A stretch of DNA of 64,000 nucleotides from Alphaproteobacteria bacterium. Lineage in GTDB: Bacteria > Pseudomonadota > Alphaproteobacteria > Bin95. Both the position numbers and the translations under genes were made by a program. Location: positions 3,136,001-3,200,000 of the forward strand of contig CBDBGH010000003.1 of NCBI GenBank assembly GCA_965205265.1, read 5' to 3'. Shown piece after piece: positions 11,510-21,960 of the stretch (its first letter is position 1; each line of letters opens with the position of its first letter). The notes beneath the pieces are model-generated. The model was not told where the DNA came from and made no database searches. It worked only from the letters and a program-made list of their open reading frames with translations.

Positions 11510-12265
11510 TCAGGCGGCCTCGTCGCCGAGATAGGCGCGGCGCACGGCCTCGTCCGCCCGCACCGCCTCCGGGGCCCCCGACGCCGCGATGCGCCCGCCC
11601 ACGAGCACGCTGATCCGGTCGGCGAGTGCGAACACGACATCCATGTCATGCTCGACCAGCAGCATGGTCTTCTCGCCCTTCAGGCCTTCGAGAATGCCGG
11701 TCATGCGCCGGCTTTCCTCCGCGCTCATGCCCGCCATCGGCTCGTCCAGCAGCAGCAGTTCCGGCTCCGCCGCCAGCGTCATCGCGATTTCGAGCTGGCG
11801 GTGCTCGCCATGGCTGACGGCGCCCGCCCGCTCTTCGGCCACCCCGGCGAGACCCACCCGCTCGAGCGCCGCCATTGCCGGCCGGATGAGCGCCGGGTCG
11901 TTTCTCGCCGGGCGCCAGAAGCGGAAACTGCGGGCGTCGCGCGCCAGCACCGCCAGCATCACATTGTCCACCACCCGCATTCCCGGCACGACGCTGGTGA
12001 TCTGGAACGAGCGCGCGAAACCCAGCCTGGCCCGGGCATGAGCCGGGCGGCGGGCGATGTCGCGCCCGCCGAACAGCACGCGGCCCCGGTCCGGCTTGAG
12101 CTCCCCGGCGAGCAGGGAGATCAGGGTTGTCTTGCCGGCCCCGTTCGGCCCGATCACGGCATGGACCTCGCCGCGCTCAACTTCCATCGACACGCCATCG
12201 ACGGCGGCGACGCCGCCGAAGCTTTTTTGCAGGTCCTCGACCCGGAGCAGCGGTTCGTCAGCCAC
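11510..12265 (-). CDS. ABC transporter ATP-binding protein (LivG-like)
   Basis: GPNGAGKTT, LLLDEPMAG, VEHDMDVVF, VRRAYLG. Confidence 0.93.
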   Translation of the reverse strand: MADEPLLRVEDLQKSFGGVAAVDGVSMEVERGEVHAVIGPNGAGKTTLISLLAGELKPDRGRVLFGGRDIARRPAHARARLGFARSFQITSVVPGMRVVDNVMLAVLARDARSFRFWRPARNDPALIRPAMAALERVGLAGVAEERAGAVSHGEHRQLEIAMTLAAEPELLLLDEPMAGMSAEESRRMTGILEGLKGEKTMLLVEHDMDVVFALADRISVLVGGRIAASGAPEAVRADEAVRRAYLGDEAA

Positions 12266-13181
12266 GGCGCCCCTCCAGCAGCCCCGCGAGCCCGCCGCGC
12301 GCGAACAGCACAACCAGGATGAGCAGCAGGCCGAAGGGAAGCTGCCAGTAGATCGTCCAGCCGGACAGCAGCTCCTCCAGCAGCAGGAAGGCGGCCGCGC
12401 CCATCAACGGCCCGAACAGCGCGCCCGTCCCGCCCAGCACCACCATGAAGATCAGCTCGCCCGAGCGCGTCCAGTCCATCATTTCGGGGCTGATGAAATT
12501 GGTGAAATTGCCGAGCATGGCGCCGCTGAGGCCGCAGAGCGCCCCGGCGAGCGTATAGGCGGCGAGGCGGTGGCGGTAAAACGCGAAGCCGAGCGCGGCC
12601 ATCCGGCGTTCATTGCCCCTGGCACCCTCGATCACCATGCCGAAGCGCGAGCGCACCAGCCGGTGCACCAGGTAGAGCGTGCCGAGCAGGACCGCGAAAC
12701 AGGCATAGTAGAGGGTAAGGCTGTCCTCGAGATCGACCAGCGGGAACTCCGAGCGGATGTCGATCACGAGCCCGTCATCGCCTCCGTATTCCTCGATGCT
12801 GACGACGGCGAAGAACACCATCTGCGCGAACGCCATCGTGATCATGATGAAATAGACGCCGCGCGTGCGCAGCGCGATGGCGCCCGTGGCGAGCGCGAAG
12901 AGCGCGGAGCAGGCCACCGCGATCAGGATATGCAGCCAGCCGTCGTAAATTTCGTAATAGGCCGGGATGCCGACCGCATAGGCGCCGATGCCGATATAGG
13001 CCGCATGGCCGAAGCTGATCATGCCGCCATGGCCGAGGATGAGATTGAGCGAAGTGGCGGCTGCGGCGAGGCAGACGAGGCGCGTCAGGATATCGACATA
13101 GAAGGGCTGGCCGGCGGCGAGCGCCAGCGGCGGCGCGGCGGCGAGCGCGGCCAGCAGCGCCCAGCCGACCGCCCGGCTCAT
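12258..13181 (-). CDS. branched-chain amino acid-type ABC permease (LivM-like)
   Basis: C-terminal part of ORF 12258..14726: SFGHAAYIGIGAY, LRTRGVYFIMITMAFAQM, GGDDG, MVVLGG.G. Confidence 0.92.
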   Translation of the reverse strand: MSRAVGWALLAALAAAPPLALAAGQPFYVDILTRLVCLAAAATSLNLILGHGGMISFGHAAYIGIGAYAVGIPAYYEIYDGWLHILIAVACSALFALATGAIALRTRGVYFIMITMAFAQMVFFAVVSIEEYGGDDGLVIDIRSEFPLVDLEDSLTLYYACFAVLLGTLYLVHRLVRSRFGMVIEGARGNERRMAALGFAFYRHRLAAYTLAGALCGLSGAMLGNFTNFISPEMMDWTRSGELIFMVVLGGTGALFGPLMGAAAFLLLEELLSGWTIYWQLPFGLLLILVVLFARGGLAGLLEGRRG

Positions 13182-14101
13182 CGCGCCTTCGGCGGGAAGA
13201 GGCCCTGCGGACGGAACGCCAGCACGGCCGCCATCAGGATGTAGATCAGCATCGCCGAGAGCGCCGGCGCGGAGGTCTCGGCGGCCTGGACGTCGATGAT
13301 GAGCTTGAGACCCATGTCGAGGAAGGACCGGCCCATCGTGTCGATGAGCCCGATCAGCAGCGCTGCGACGAAGGCGCCCCGGATCGACCCGATGCCGCCG
13401 ACGATGACGACGACGAAGGCGGTGATGATGATCTCGTTGCCCATGCCGATGGAGGCTTCGGTGATGGGCGCGATCATCATGCCGGCGAGTCCTGCCATGA
13501 CGGCGCCGAGCGCGAACACCAGGGTGAACAGGAGGCCGATATCGATGCCGAGCGCGCCGGCCATGGCCGGGTTGGAGGCGCCGGCGCGGATGCGCATACC
13601 GAGCTTCGTCTTCACCACCAGCACATAGAGCCCGGCGGCCACCGCAAGCCCGGCCCCGATAATCAGCAGCCGGTAGGTCGGGAAAACCAGCCCGCCCGGC
13701 AGGTGCTGCTGCCCGTCCGCCCAGGCTGGCAGGCGGATCGCCATGCCCTCCGGACCCCACAATATCTGCACCAGGGTGTCGAAGCAGAGGATGAGCCCGA
13801 AGGTCGCCAGCACATGGTCCAGATGGTCCCGCCGGTAGAGCCGGCGCACCACGAGAAGCTCGACCGCAGCCCCGACCAGCGCCGTGGCCGGCAGCGCCAG
13901 CGCCACCGCCAGCAGGAAGGAGCCGGTCGCGTCCGTCAAGGTGGCGCAGAAATAGGCGCCCACCATGTAGAGCGAACCGTGCGCCAGATTGACGAAGTCC
14001 ATGATGCCGAAGATGAGCGTCAGCCCGGAGGCGAGCAGGAACAGCAGCACTCCGAGCTGAAGCCCGTTCAGCAATTGCGCGGCGACGAGACCCGCATCCA
14101 T
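13178..14101 (-). CDS. branched-chain amino acid-type ABC permease (LivH-like)
   Basis: QLLNGL, SGLTLIFG.M..VNLAHG, VVVIVGGIGS, FRPQGLF. Confidence 0.93.
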   Translation of the reverse strand: MDAGLVAAQLLNGLQLGVLLFLLASGLTLIFGIMDFVNLAHGSLYMVGAYFCATLTDATGSFLLAVALALPATALVGAAVELLVVRRLYRRDHLDHVLATFGLILCFDTLVQILWGPEGMAIRLPAWADGQQHLPGGLVFPTYRLLIIGAGLAVAAGLYVLVVKTKLGMRIRAGASNPAMAGALGIDIGLLFTLVFALGAVMAGLAGMMIAPITEASIGMGNEIIITAFVVVIVGGIGSIRGAFVAALLIGLIDTMGRSFLDMGLKLIIDVQAAETSAPALSAMLIYILMAAVLAFRPQGLFPPKAR

Positions 14102-14122
14102 GGGAGCGGGCCGGCTCCCCGG

Positions 14123-15307
14123 TTACATCTTGCACTCGGCGGCGTACACGTCCTTGTGGTCCTCCAGCACGGTATCGACCACCGTCGTCGTCCACACGCC
14201 GTCCGCATCCTCGACCACCTTGCGGAGGTAGAAGTTCTGGATCGGGAAGTGGTTGTTGCCGTAGCGGAACGGCCCGCGCACGGAGGGGAAGTCGGCCTTC
14301 TTCATGGCCGCGCGCATGCCGTCCATGTCGTCGAGGTTCCCGCCGACGGCCTCGACCGCGCTCTTGATGAGGAAGATCGTGTCGTAGGACTGCGCGGCGT
14401 AGAAGGACGGATAGCGCCCATAGGCCTTCTTGAAGCCGGAGACGAATTTCCTGTTCTGCGGCGTGTCGAGGTCGGGGCCCCAGAACTGCGTGTTGAGCGA
14501 GCCGAGCACGCCCGACATGCCGGCCTTCTGGAGGTTCGGCAGCGCGATCGAATCGACGGTGAACACCGTGTAGAGCGCGATTTCGCCCTGCAGGCCGGCC
14601 TGCTGGTACTGCTTGATGAAGGCGCCGCCCGCCTTGCCGGGATAGAACACGAAGATCCCGTCCGCGCCGGAGGCCTTGGCCTTGGCGAGCTCGGCCGAGA
14701 AGTCGAGCTGGGCGTCCTTGCCCCACTTGGTCATGTCCTTGCCGAGGATCTCGCCCTTGAAGGTGCGCTCGACGCCGGAGACCATGTTCTTGCCGGCGGC
14801 GTAGTTGGGCGCCATCACATAGAGCGACTTCACGCCCTGCCGGTTCAGCACCTCGCCCATCGCCATCGGCGTCTGGTCGTTCTGCCAGGAAGTCGAGAAG
14901 AAGTTCTCGTGGCAGAGCTTGCCGGCGATCTGCGAGGGGCCGGCATTGGAGCTGATGAGGAATTTGCCGCCGTCCAGCGCCGACTTGCGCGAGGCGAGCA
15001 GCACATGCGACCAGATGAACCCGGCGACGAAATGCACATCGTCCTGCTTGACGAGCTTGTCGGTCTTCTGCTTGCCGATCTCCGGCTTGAAGCCGTCGTC
15101 CTCGACGATGAGCTCGACTTCGAGGCCGCCCATCATGCCGCCGATGTCCTGCATGGCGAGATTGACAGCATCGACCATGTCGCGCCCGATGACGCCCGCA
15201 GGCGTGGTGACCGTGGTGACGAAGCCGATCTTCACCTTGTCGGCCCCGAAGGACGGCGATGCAAGCAGCGCGGCGGCAGCCGCCAGCGCAAGCGCGGTTT
15301 TTCTCAT
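14123..15307 (-). CDS. ABC transporter substrate-binding protein (LIV/PBP1 family)
   Basis: Signal peptide, VKIGF, EDDGFKPE, SNAGPS, APNYAAG, SVRGPFRYGNNHFPIQ. Confidence 0.93.
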   Translation of the reverse strand: MRKTALALAAAAALLASPSFGADKVKIGFVTTVTTPAGVIGRDMVDAVNLAMQDIGGMMGGLEVELIVEDDGFKPEIGKQKTDKLVKQDDVHFVAGFIWSHVLLASRKSALDGGKFLISSNAGPSQIAGKLCHENFFSTSWQNDQTPMAMGEVLNRQGVKSLYVMAPNYAAGKNMVSGVERTFKGEILGKDMTKWGKDAQLDFSAELAKAKASGADGIFVFYPGKAGGAFIKQYQQAGLQGEIALYTVFTVDSIALPNLQKAGMSGVLGSLNTQFWGPDLDTPQNRKFVSGFKKAYGRYPSFYAAQSYDTIFLIKSAVEAVGGNLDDMDGMRAAMKKADFPSVRGPFRYGNNHFPIQNFYLRKVVEDADGVWTTTVVDTVLEDHKDVYAAECKM

Positions 15308-15419
15308 GTCATGAACCCTCCCCGGTTTGGCGGCAGGCCGCCGGACCGCCCCAATCTACCGCCTTTCCCCCCCGGACGGAAACCGTTGCGACGGTGGCGT
15401 TCGGGGCGGGCGTGCGGCG

Positions 15420-15585
15420 CCATGTGACGCGGCTGCGGCGCTGGAGGCCGTGGCGTTTCAGGAAGCGCTGCAGCGAGGCCGCGTCGATAGACCAAGCCCT
15501 CGGCGACGAGCGCCCGTTGCAGCGCGCATACGGAAAGGTCCGGCCAGCTCTCCAATAGGCGGAAAATCCACTTCCGCTCCGGCCC
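15420..15585 (-). pseudogene. IS630-like transposase N-terminal (HTH) relic, copy 1, frameshifted
   Basis: ERKWIFRLLESWPDLSVCALQRALVAEGL / DAASLQRFLKRHGLQRRSR in two frames; homologous to 30111-30323. Confidence 0.55.
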
Positions 15586-16099
15586 TGTATTTCTCCAATG
15601 GAACATTGCACGCTCCTGTCCGGCCGGCGCGCGCCGCTCTTCCGTTTATACCCTCGGCGCATTCCGCTCCCCACATCCCGTCGCGTGGCCGTAATGCAGT
15701 GCATTTCGTCAGATCATCATTCCTGCTTCATCCCAATTCAGGCGAGAATTTAGTGTTCATTTTAGGAAATATATCTATTAGTCACATCGTTGCTGTTTCG
15801 AGTGGTTATGACGGGGGCAGTCACATATCGGTAAAAGTCCTCCTTTTCCCGGGACCTTATCCGCCTCCCCTGACGAACACCAAGGTACGAAAAGAAACAA
15901 TGACATGAACAATGACCGTAGCCGCCCGACGCCAGCGCCAAAGCGAGAGCCGCGCGGCAGAAAGAAATTCGTCAAGACTTATGCTTGTCTGCTGTAGGGG
16001 TATTTTCCTAAAGAGCGGGAAACGCGTCTTTGGCGTTCTGAGTTTACTCTTACCTTTTCCAAGGAAGCCGCCGCATGGTCAGGTCGTCCGTTAGACGAA

Positions 16100-17629
16100 T
16101 TAATTGTCACTTTGGTTGAGCGCGCTGAGAAGTTGCTGGGCCGCTCCAGTCGCACCTTTTCTTCTCAGGACCCTTTGAAGGACGTCCTTCGGATCACGCA
16201 CCCCCTTGGTCTCCGACGATAGTTCATTCACGAATTCCAGCAATATTTCTTGGAGATAATCCGTTTCCCGTTGATACTTCTCTTCCAAATCTCGCCCTAG
16301 ACTAAGGGTATTGACATCCTGACCCTCTTCTCGAAGCATTTTGCTAATACCATCCCGGCATATGTCTCTGCCTTTCGAATGCAATTCATGTATTTCTGCT
16401 TCTGATGGTACTTCCCCTCTCCCGTGAATAACACTTGATGCGCCGTCATATATGTGTTGTAGCAATTTCCTATATTTTTGCCTTTCAGCAAAAGTTTCTC
16501 CCAAATGCCATGCGCCATTTGTAGAGACCCGGAACCTATATTCCATTCTTCCTTCCGTCACATATAGAGCTTCCATTGCCATACGCAGGTCTGGGAGCCC
16601 ATCTGCTGCCCAGTTGCGTCGGCTGTTTCTCCACCCTACTGCGGCTCTTGTCAGTCTGTGCCGCCTATTCGTGAACTTCTGCATTGCAGTATTAAGATCG
16701 TTTGCATATCTTGGACTAAGGAGTTGTACGGGACTGTCCGGGATACGGTGCAAGTGCTGTCGTGCGCTTCCATGCCCGGAGAAATCGAAGAACTTGCTGT
16801 TGTCTTCTTTCCACCATGACAAATCCCAATATGCATTGGTATCCAAGTAGACCGATACTGCCAGCAGCAAGGCATCTACTTCTTTTTCGGTCATAGCTTG
16901 TTTGGCGTCTGCCACCAGATCTAGTTTTTGCGTCTCTTTAGACATAATCCGGTTGGGATGAAAGAATGACGGGTCAAATGTAGTGTCAACACACAACACG
17001 GTCTTATTTGGAAAGTCGAAATACGATGTTGCCTCGTCGTTCGGCTTGACATAAGATATTTCGTTTCTATCCCTCTCTACAAACATCTGCTCGACTAGAG
17101 CTTGATCAACATGGTCGAACAGTAATCCATCATCGTCGGGAAGCCGGATAAACCGAACACCGTCGCGAAGACAAAAGGGTTCCTCAATGGAAACACCTCT
17201 GAGCATATAGTATCGAGTGATAGTGATTGGATTCCCATCGCGCCAGGAAAATAATTGTGCGCTAGCTGCATCGGATGTGGTTGCAGCGGCCATACGCAAA
17301 ATGCAAAGTGCAAGCTGCTCGATTGATATCAAGCTATCTTCGCTAAAGGTTCTGGGGCCAAAGCCAATCTTGGGCGGATTACCAAGCCTTACATTCTCGG
17401 ACATGATGTCGTTCACGGCATCAATAAGTGCTCTCTTCGGTTCTTCCAACGAGAAATGAGTGTTAGCTATTTCCAAGTAATATCGGGAATGGTAAGGATT
17501 GGGAATGGCATCTTGATATAGACTACGATAGACGTTGTGCCGAAAGTTACCTACTTCGGATAAACGCGGGGAGAAAGTTGCAAAAGGCAACACGCTGTCG
17601 AGCAGGCGCGCGAAGGCGGCATTGTCCAT
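16100..17629 (-). CDS. low-GC HEPN-domain protein (ApeA-like C-terminal HEPN), putative defence/toxin
   Basis: DLRMAMEALY...EYRFRVSTNGAWHLGE..AERQ...LQHIYDGASSVIHG; visibly AT-richer than flanks. Confidence 0.7.
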   Translation of the reverse strand: MDNAAFARLLDSVLPFATFSPRLSEVGNFRHNVYRSLYQDAIPNPYHSRYYLEIANTHFSLEEPKRALIDAVNDIMSENVRLGNPPKIGFGPRTFSEDSLISIEQLALCILRMAAATTSDAASAQLFSWRDGNPITITRYYMLRGVSIEEPFCLRDGVRFIRLPDDDGLLFDHVDQALVEQMFVERDRNEISYVKPNDEATSYFDFPNKTVLCVDTTFDPSFFHPNRIMSKETQKLDLVADAKQAMTEKEVDALLLAVSVYLDTNAYWDLSWWKEDNSKFFDFSGHGSARQHLHRIPDSPVQLLSPRYANDLNTAMQKFTNRRHRLTRAAVGWRNSRRNWAADGLPDLRMAMEALYVTEGRMEYRFRVSTNGAWHLGETFAERQKYRKLLQHIYDGASSVIHGRGEVPSEAEIHELHSKGRDICRDGISKMLREEGQDVNTLSLGRDLEEKYQRETDYLQEILLEFVNELSSETKGVRDPKDVLQRVLRRKGATGAAQQLLSALNQSDN

Positions 17630-17797
17630 GGTATCCTCGCGATGGTTGCGAGGCTACGGTAGTGCTTTCGGGCACTCCTGACTACCCCTGCCGCTTTCAG
17701 CTAGAAGGGCATATAAATCGCCTTATTTTCTTTAATTGCAGTCCCGGAAAGGGAAAATATCCATAAGACTTGGCGTTCCTATGACGGCGCCGGGCCC

Positions 17798-19261
17798 TCA
17801 GCCGGAATAGCGCTGCCCGATGTGGCGGATGAAGGCGCCGGTGTCGAGCGGGCGGCCCGTGGCCTGCTCCGCGAGATCGTCCGAGGACGCATCGAGGCAG
17901 CCCCGGCTGTGGACATGCTCCCTCAGCCAGCCGGTAAGCGGCTCGAAATTGCCGCGCTCGATCTCCCGGTCGAGATCGGGGACGGCCGCGCGTATGGCTT
18001 CGGCAAGCTGGGCCGCCATGAGCGCGCCGAGCGTGTATGTGGGGAAATAGCCGAAGGAGCCGCCCGACCAGTGGATGTCCTGCATGCAGCCTTCGCCCGG
18101 CCCCGGCGGGCGGATGCCGAGCAGCGATTCCATAGCGTCGTCGAAGGCGCCGGGCAGGTCCGCCGGGTCGAGCGCGCCGGAGATCAGGGCGGTCTCGCAG
18201 CGGTGGCGGACGACGATGTGCAGCGGATAGCTGACCTCGTCCGCCTCGACGCGGACGAGCCCCGGCTCGACATGGTTGAGCACACGGTAGAGCCCGGCCG
18301 GCGCCCACTCGTCCGCCGGCGCCAGCTCCTCGTTGAGCAGCCGCGCATAGGGGACGGCGAAGGCTTCCGAGCGGCAGGCCTGCATTTCGATGGACAGCGA
18401 CTGGCTTTCATGCGCGGTCATGCCCCGGTTGCGGCCGACCGGCTGCCGGCGCCAGTCCTCCGGCAGCCCGCGCGTGTAGAGCGCATGGCCGCTCTCGTGC
18501 AGCACCGCCATCAGCGCCTCGCCCGGCGGCCCCGAATAGCGGGTGGTGATGCGCACGTCGTCCCGTTCGCCGGTCGAGAACGGGTGCGCCGATTCGTCGA
18601 GCCGTACATGCCGCTCCTCCAGGCCCAGCATGGCCATCAGCCGCCGGGCGAGGCGCTCCAGGTCCTCCCGCGACCCCTCGGGCCCCGGCGGTTTCGGGCC
18701 GCCCCGCACGCGGTCGAGGACGCCGGGCAGGAACGCCTCCAGCTCCGCGAACATGGCGGCGACGCCTTCGCCCCGCCGGCCGGGGTCGTAGCTGTCCAGC
18801 AGCGCGTCGTAAGGTGCCAGGCCCAGCGCCTCGCCCCTGATCCCGGCTTCCTCCCGGACGCGCTCCACGACGTCGCGAAGCGCCGGCAGGAAGGCCGCGA
18901 AATCGCCGTCATGCCGCGTCCTGTGCCAGACCCCTTGCGCCCTGGAGACGGCCCGCGCCTTCGCCTCCACCAGATCGGTCGGCAGGGCGGCGGCGGCCCC
19001 GTGCAGGCGGCGCATCTCGCGCAGATTGGCCGCCTGCCAGGGCTCGTCCGCCCGGGCGGCCGCCAGCGCCTCGGCGCATTCCGGCGCGGTGAACAGCTCA
19101 TGCGCGAGGCCGCCCAGCGTCGCCTGCTGGTGGCCCCGCGCGGCCTCGCCGCCGGGCGGCCCGTAAGTGAGCGAATACCACCGCACGGTCCGCGACGCCG
19201 CATTGAGATCCGCAATGCGCGCGAACCGGCGCTCCAGCCGCTCATAGCTCCTATTGCCCAT
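17798..19261 (-). CDS. M32 family carboxypeptidase (Taq-like)
   Basis: HPF, DVRITTRY, HESGH, HESQS, RVEADEVSY, GCMQDIHW, GYFPTYTLG. Confidence 0.95.
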   Translation of the reverse strand: MGNRSYERLERRFARIADLNAASRTVRWYSLTYGPPGGEAARGHQQATLGGLAHELFTAPECAEALAAARADEPWQAANLREMRRLHGAAAALPTDLVEAKARAVSRAQGVWHRTRHDGDFAAFLPALRDVVERVREEAGIRGEALGLAPYDALLDSYDPGRRGEGVAAMFAELEAFLPGVLDRVRGGPKPPGPEGSREDLERLARRLMAMLGLEERHVRLDESAHPFSTGERDDVRITTRYSGPPGEALMAVLHESGHALYTRGLPEDWRRQPVGRNRGMTAHESQSLSIEMQACRSEAFAVPYARLLNEELAPADEWAPAGLYRVLNHVEPGLVRVEADEVSYPLHIVVRHRCETALISGALDPADLPGAFDDAMESLLGIRPPGPGEGCMQDIHWSGGSFGYFPTYTLGALMAAQLAEAIRAAVPDLDREIERGNFEPLTGWLREHVHSRGCLDASSDDLAEQATGRPLDTGAFIRHIGQRYSG

Positions 19262-19361
19262 CCAGTGCCCCCCTTCGCGCATGCCCGTTTCCGGGCTGGA
19301 CCCCGGCACCGTAGCCGGTCCATGCTCGGAAGTCGCGACATGAGAGGGAGGAATCGCACCG

Positions 19362-20402
19362 ATGCCGAAAATCGCCGCCGGGAAACTGGAAGACACCATC
19401 CGCCGCCTGCTGGCGGCCTGCGGCACGCCGGCCGGGGAGGCGGAGACCGTCGCCCGGCATGTCGTGGACGCCAATCTCTGCGGCCATGACAGCCACGGCG
19501 CGATCCAGATCCCGATCTATATCGACCGGGTCGAGAAGGGGCATATCGTGCCCGGCGCGCCTTTCGAGATCGTCCGCGAGAGCCCGACGACCACGGTGGT
19601 GGACGGCCATTGGGGCTTCGGCTATGCGATTGCCGAGCGGGCGCTGAAGCTGACGATGGAAAAGGCCGAGGCGCAGAACGTCGCCGCCTGCACGATCTTC
19701 CGCCAGAGCCATGTCGGGCGTCTCGGCGCCTATCCGACCATGGCCGCGAAGGCAGGCTTCATCGCCATGATGACCGCCGACTCCGGCCGCTCGGCCAAGA
19801 GCGTGGCGCCGTTCGGCGGCACCGAGGCGCGGCTCGGGACCAACCCGATCGCCATGGCGGTGCCGTCCGCGCGCGGCGAGCCGGTGCTGATCGACATGGC
19901 GACCTCGGCCGTCGCGGCCGGCAAGATCAAGCTCGCCCAGGCGCGCGGCAAGGACATTCCCGAAGGCTGGATCGTGCGCGCGGACGGCGGGGCCTCGACG
20001 GACCCGAACGATTTCGGCAAGGGCGCGGTGCTGCTGCCGCTCGGCGGGAGCGAGGGCCACAAAGGCTACGGCCTCTCCGCGATGGTCGAGATCCTCTCAG
20101 GCCTGCTGACCGGTCTCGGTTTCGGCGTCGAGCCGACGGGCCGGCACAATGACGGCTGCTTCCTCGCGCTCTTCAAGGCCGCCGCCTTCCGGGACCCCGG
20201 CGAGTTCGGGCGCGAGGTGGACGAGTTCGTGGACTATCTGAAGGACACGCGCGCGGCCGCCGGCTTCGGGGAAGTGCTGGCGCCCGGCGAGATCGAGCGG
20301 CGCACCGCCGAAGCCCGCCGGGCGGACGGCATCGACATCGAGGACGCCACCTGGAACCAGTTCAGGGCGCTCGGCGAGAAATACGGCGTGGCGGTGGACT
20401 GA
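19362..20402 (+). CDS. Ldh_2 family oxidoreductase (malate/L-sulfolactate/ureidoglycolate dehydrogenase-like)
   Basis: GHDSHG, SHVGRLG, GTNPIA, DMATS, GHKGYGL. Confidence 0.92.
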   Translation: MPKIAAGKLEDTIRRLLAACGTPAGEAETVARHVVDANLCGHDSHGAIQIPIYIDRVEKGHIVPGAPFEIVRESPTTTVVDGHWGFGYAIAERALKLTMEKAEAQNVAACTIFRQSHVGRLGAYPTMAAKAGFIAMMTADSGRSAKSVAPFGGTEARLGTNPIAMAVPSARGEPVLIDMATSAVAAGKIKLAQARGKDIPEGWIVRADGGASTDPNDFGKGAVLLPLGGSEGHKGYGLSAMVEILSGLLTGLGFGVEPTGRHNDGCFLALFKAAAFRDPGEFGREVDEFVDYLKDTRAAAGFGEVLAPGEIERRTAEARRADGIDIEDATWNQFRALGEKYGVAVD

Positions 20403-20409
20403 GGCCTGG

Positions 20410-21960
20410 CTACTCCCACTCGATGGTGCCGGGCGGCTTGGAGGTTATGTCGTAAACCACGCGGTTGATGCCGGGCACCTCATTGACAATGCGCACGGCG
20501 ACCCGGCCGAGGAAGCCCGCGTCGAAGGGGTAGAAGTCCGCCGTCATGCCGTCGGCGGAGGTGACGGCGCGGAGCGCGCAGGCCTGCTCATAGGTGCGGT
20601 CGTCGCCCATGACGCCCACCGTGCGCACCGGCAGCAGCACCGCGAAGGCCTGCCAGATGTCGTCATAGAGCCCCGCGCGGCGGATCTCCTCCAGGAAGAC
20701 AGCGTCGGCCCGCCGGAGCGCCTCCAGCTTGTCCGGCTCCACCGCGCCCGGCATCCGGATCGCCAGCCCCGGCCCCGGAAAGGGATGGCGGCCGACGAAC
20801 CGGTCCGGCAGGCCGAGCTCCCGGCCGAGCGCGCGCACCTCGTCCTTGAACAGCATCCTGAGCGGCTCGACCAGCCTGAGGCCCATGCGCTCGGGCAGGC
20901 CGCCGACATTGTGGTGCGACTTGATCGTGACCGACGGGCCGCCGTCGAAGGCGACCGACTCGATGACGTCCGGATAGAGCGTTCCCTGGGCGAGAAAGTC
21001 CGCGCCGCCGAGCTTCGCGGCCTCTTCCTCGAACACCTCGATGAAGGCGGCGCCGATGATCTTGCGCTTGCTCTCCGGGTCCTCGACGCCGGCCAGCCGC
21101 CCCAGGAACAGCGGGCCCGCCTCGGCATGCACGAGCGGGATGTTGAAATGGCCGCGGAACAGGCCCACCACTTCATCCGCCTCGCCGGCGCGCATCAGGC
21201 CGGTATCCACGAAGATGCAGCTGAGCCGGTCCCCGACCGCTTCATGCAGCAGCAGCGCGGCGACGGTGCTGTCCACGCCGCCGGAGAGCCCGCACACGAC
21301 CCGTCCGCCGCCGACCGCCGCCCGGATTTGCGCCACGGCCGTTTCCCGGAAGGCCGCCATCGACCAGTCGCCCTTCGCCCCGGCGATACGGCGCACGAAG
21401 TTGCGGATCAGCCCGGCGCCGTCGGGGGTATGCACGACCTCGGGGTGGAACTGCACGCCGTAGAGCCGCCGGCTCTCATCTGCGATGGCGGCATAGGGCG
21501 CGGCTTCGCTGCGCGCGGCGACCCGGAACCCCTCCGGCAGCGTCTCGACCCGGTCGCCGTGGCTCATCCATACCGGGTAGCGCCCGCCCGGCTCCCAGAC
21601 GCCCTCGAACAGCGCGCTCTCGGCGACCGCTTCCACCGTTGCGCGCCCGAACTCCCGGTGGTCGGCGGACCGGACGCGGGCGCCCATCTGCGCCGCCATG
21701 ACCTGCTGCCCGTAACAGATTCCCAGCACCGGCGCGCCCGCCTCGAACAGCGCCGGATGGGCCGACGGCGCCGAGGATGAGAGCACCGAGGCCGGCCCGC
21801 CCGAAAGAATGACCGCGACCGGCGCGAAGTCGGCAAGGAAGGCGCCGTCCACCCTGTTGAAGGGATGGACCTCCGAATAGACGCCCGCCTCGCGAACCCG
21901 GCGGGCGATGAGTTGCGTAACCTGACTGCCGAAATCGACGATCAGGACCCGTTCGCTCAC
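20410..21960 (-). CDS. guaA: GMP synthase (glutamine-hydrolysing)
   Basis: [51 protein letters not shown]. Confidence 0.98.
   Translation of the reverse strand: MSERVLIVDFGSQVTQLIARRVREAGVYSEVHPFNRVDGAFLADFAPVAVILSGGPASVLSSSAPSAHPALFEAGAPVLGICYGQQVMAAQMGARVRSADHREFGRATVEAVAESALFEGVWEPGGRYPVWMSHGDRVETLPEGFRVAARSEAAPYAAIADESRRLYGVQFHPEVVHTPDGAGLIRNFVRRIAGAKGDWSMAAFRETAVAQIRAAVGGGRVVCGLSGGVDSTVAALLLHEAVGDRLSCIFVDTGLMRAGEADEVVGLFRGHFNIPLVHAEAGPLFLGRLAGVEDPESKRKIIGAAFIEVFEEEAAKLGGADFLAQGTLYPDVIESVAFDGGPSVTIKSHHNVGGLPERMGLRLVEPLRMLFKDEVRALGRELGLPDRFVGRHPFPGPGLAIRMPGAVEPDKLEALRRADAVFLEEIRRAGLYDDIWQAFAVLLPVRTVGVMGDDRTYEQACALRAVTSADGMTADFYPFDAGFLGRVAVRIVNEVPGINRVVYDITSKPPGTIEWE

Noticed and set aside
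12258-14726. 822-aa ORF suggesting a giant permease fusion
   Set aside because: Only 12258-13181 is LivM-like; the upstream part overlaps the real LivH and binding-protein genes in other frames.
20410-20430. guaA 3' end as an island integration site
   Set aside because: A known hotspot, but here it directly abuts a host-like Ldh_2 gene with no integrase or duplicated end.
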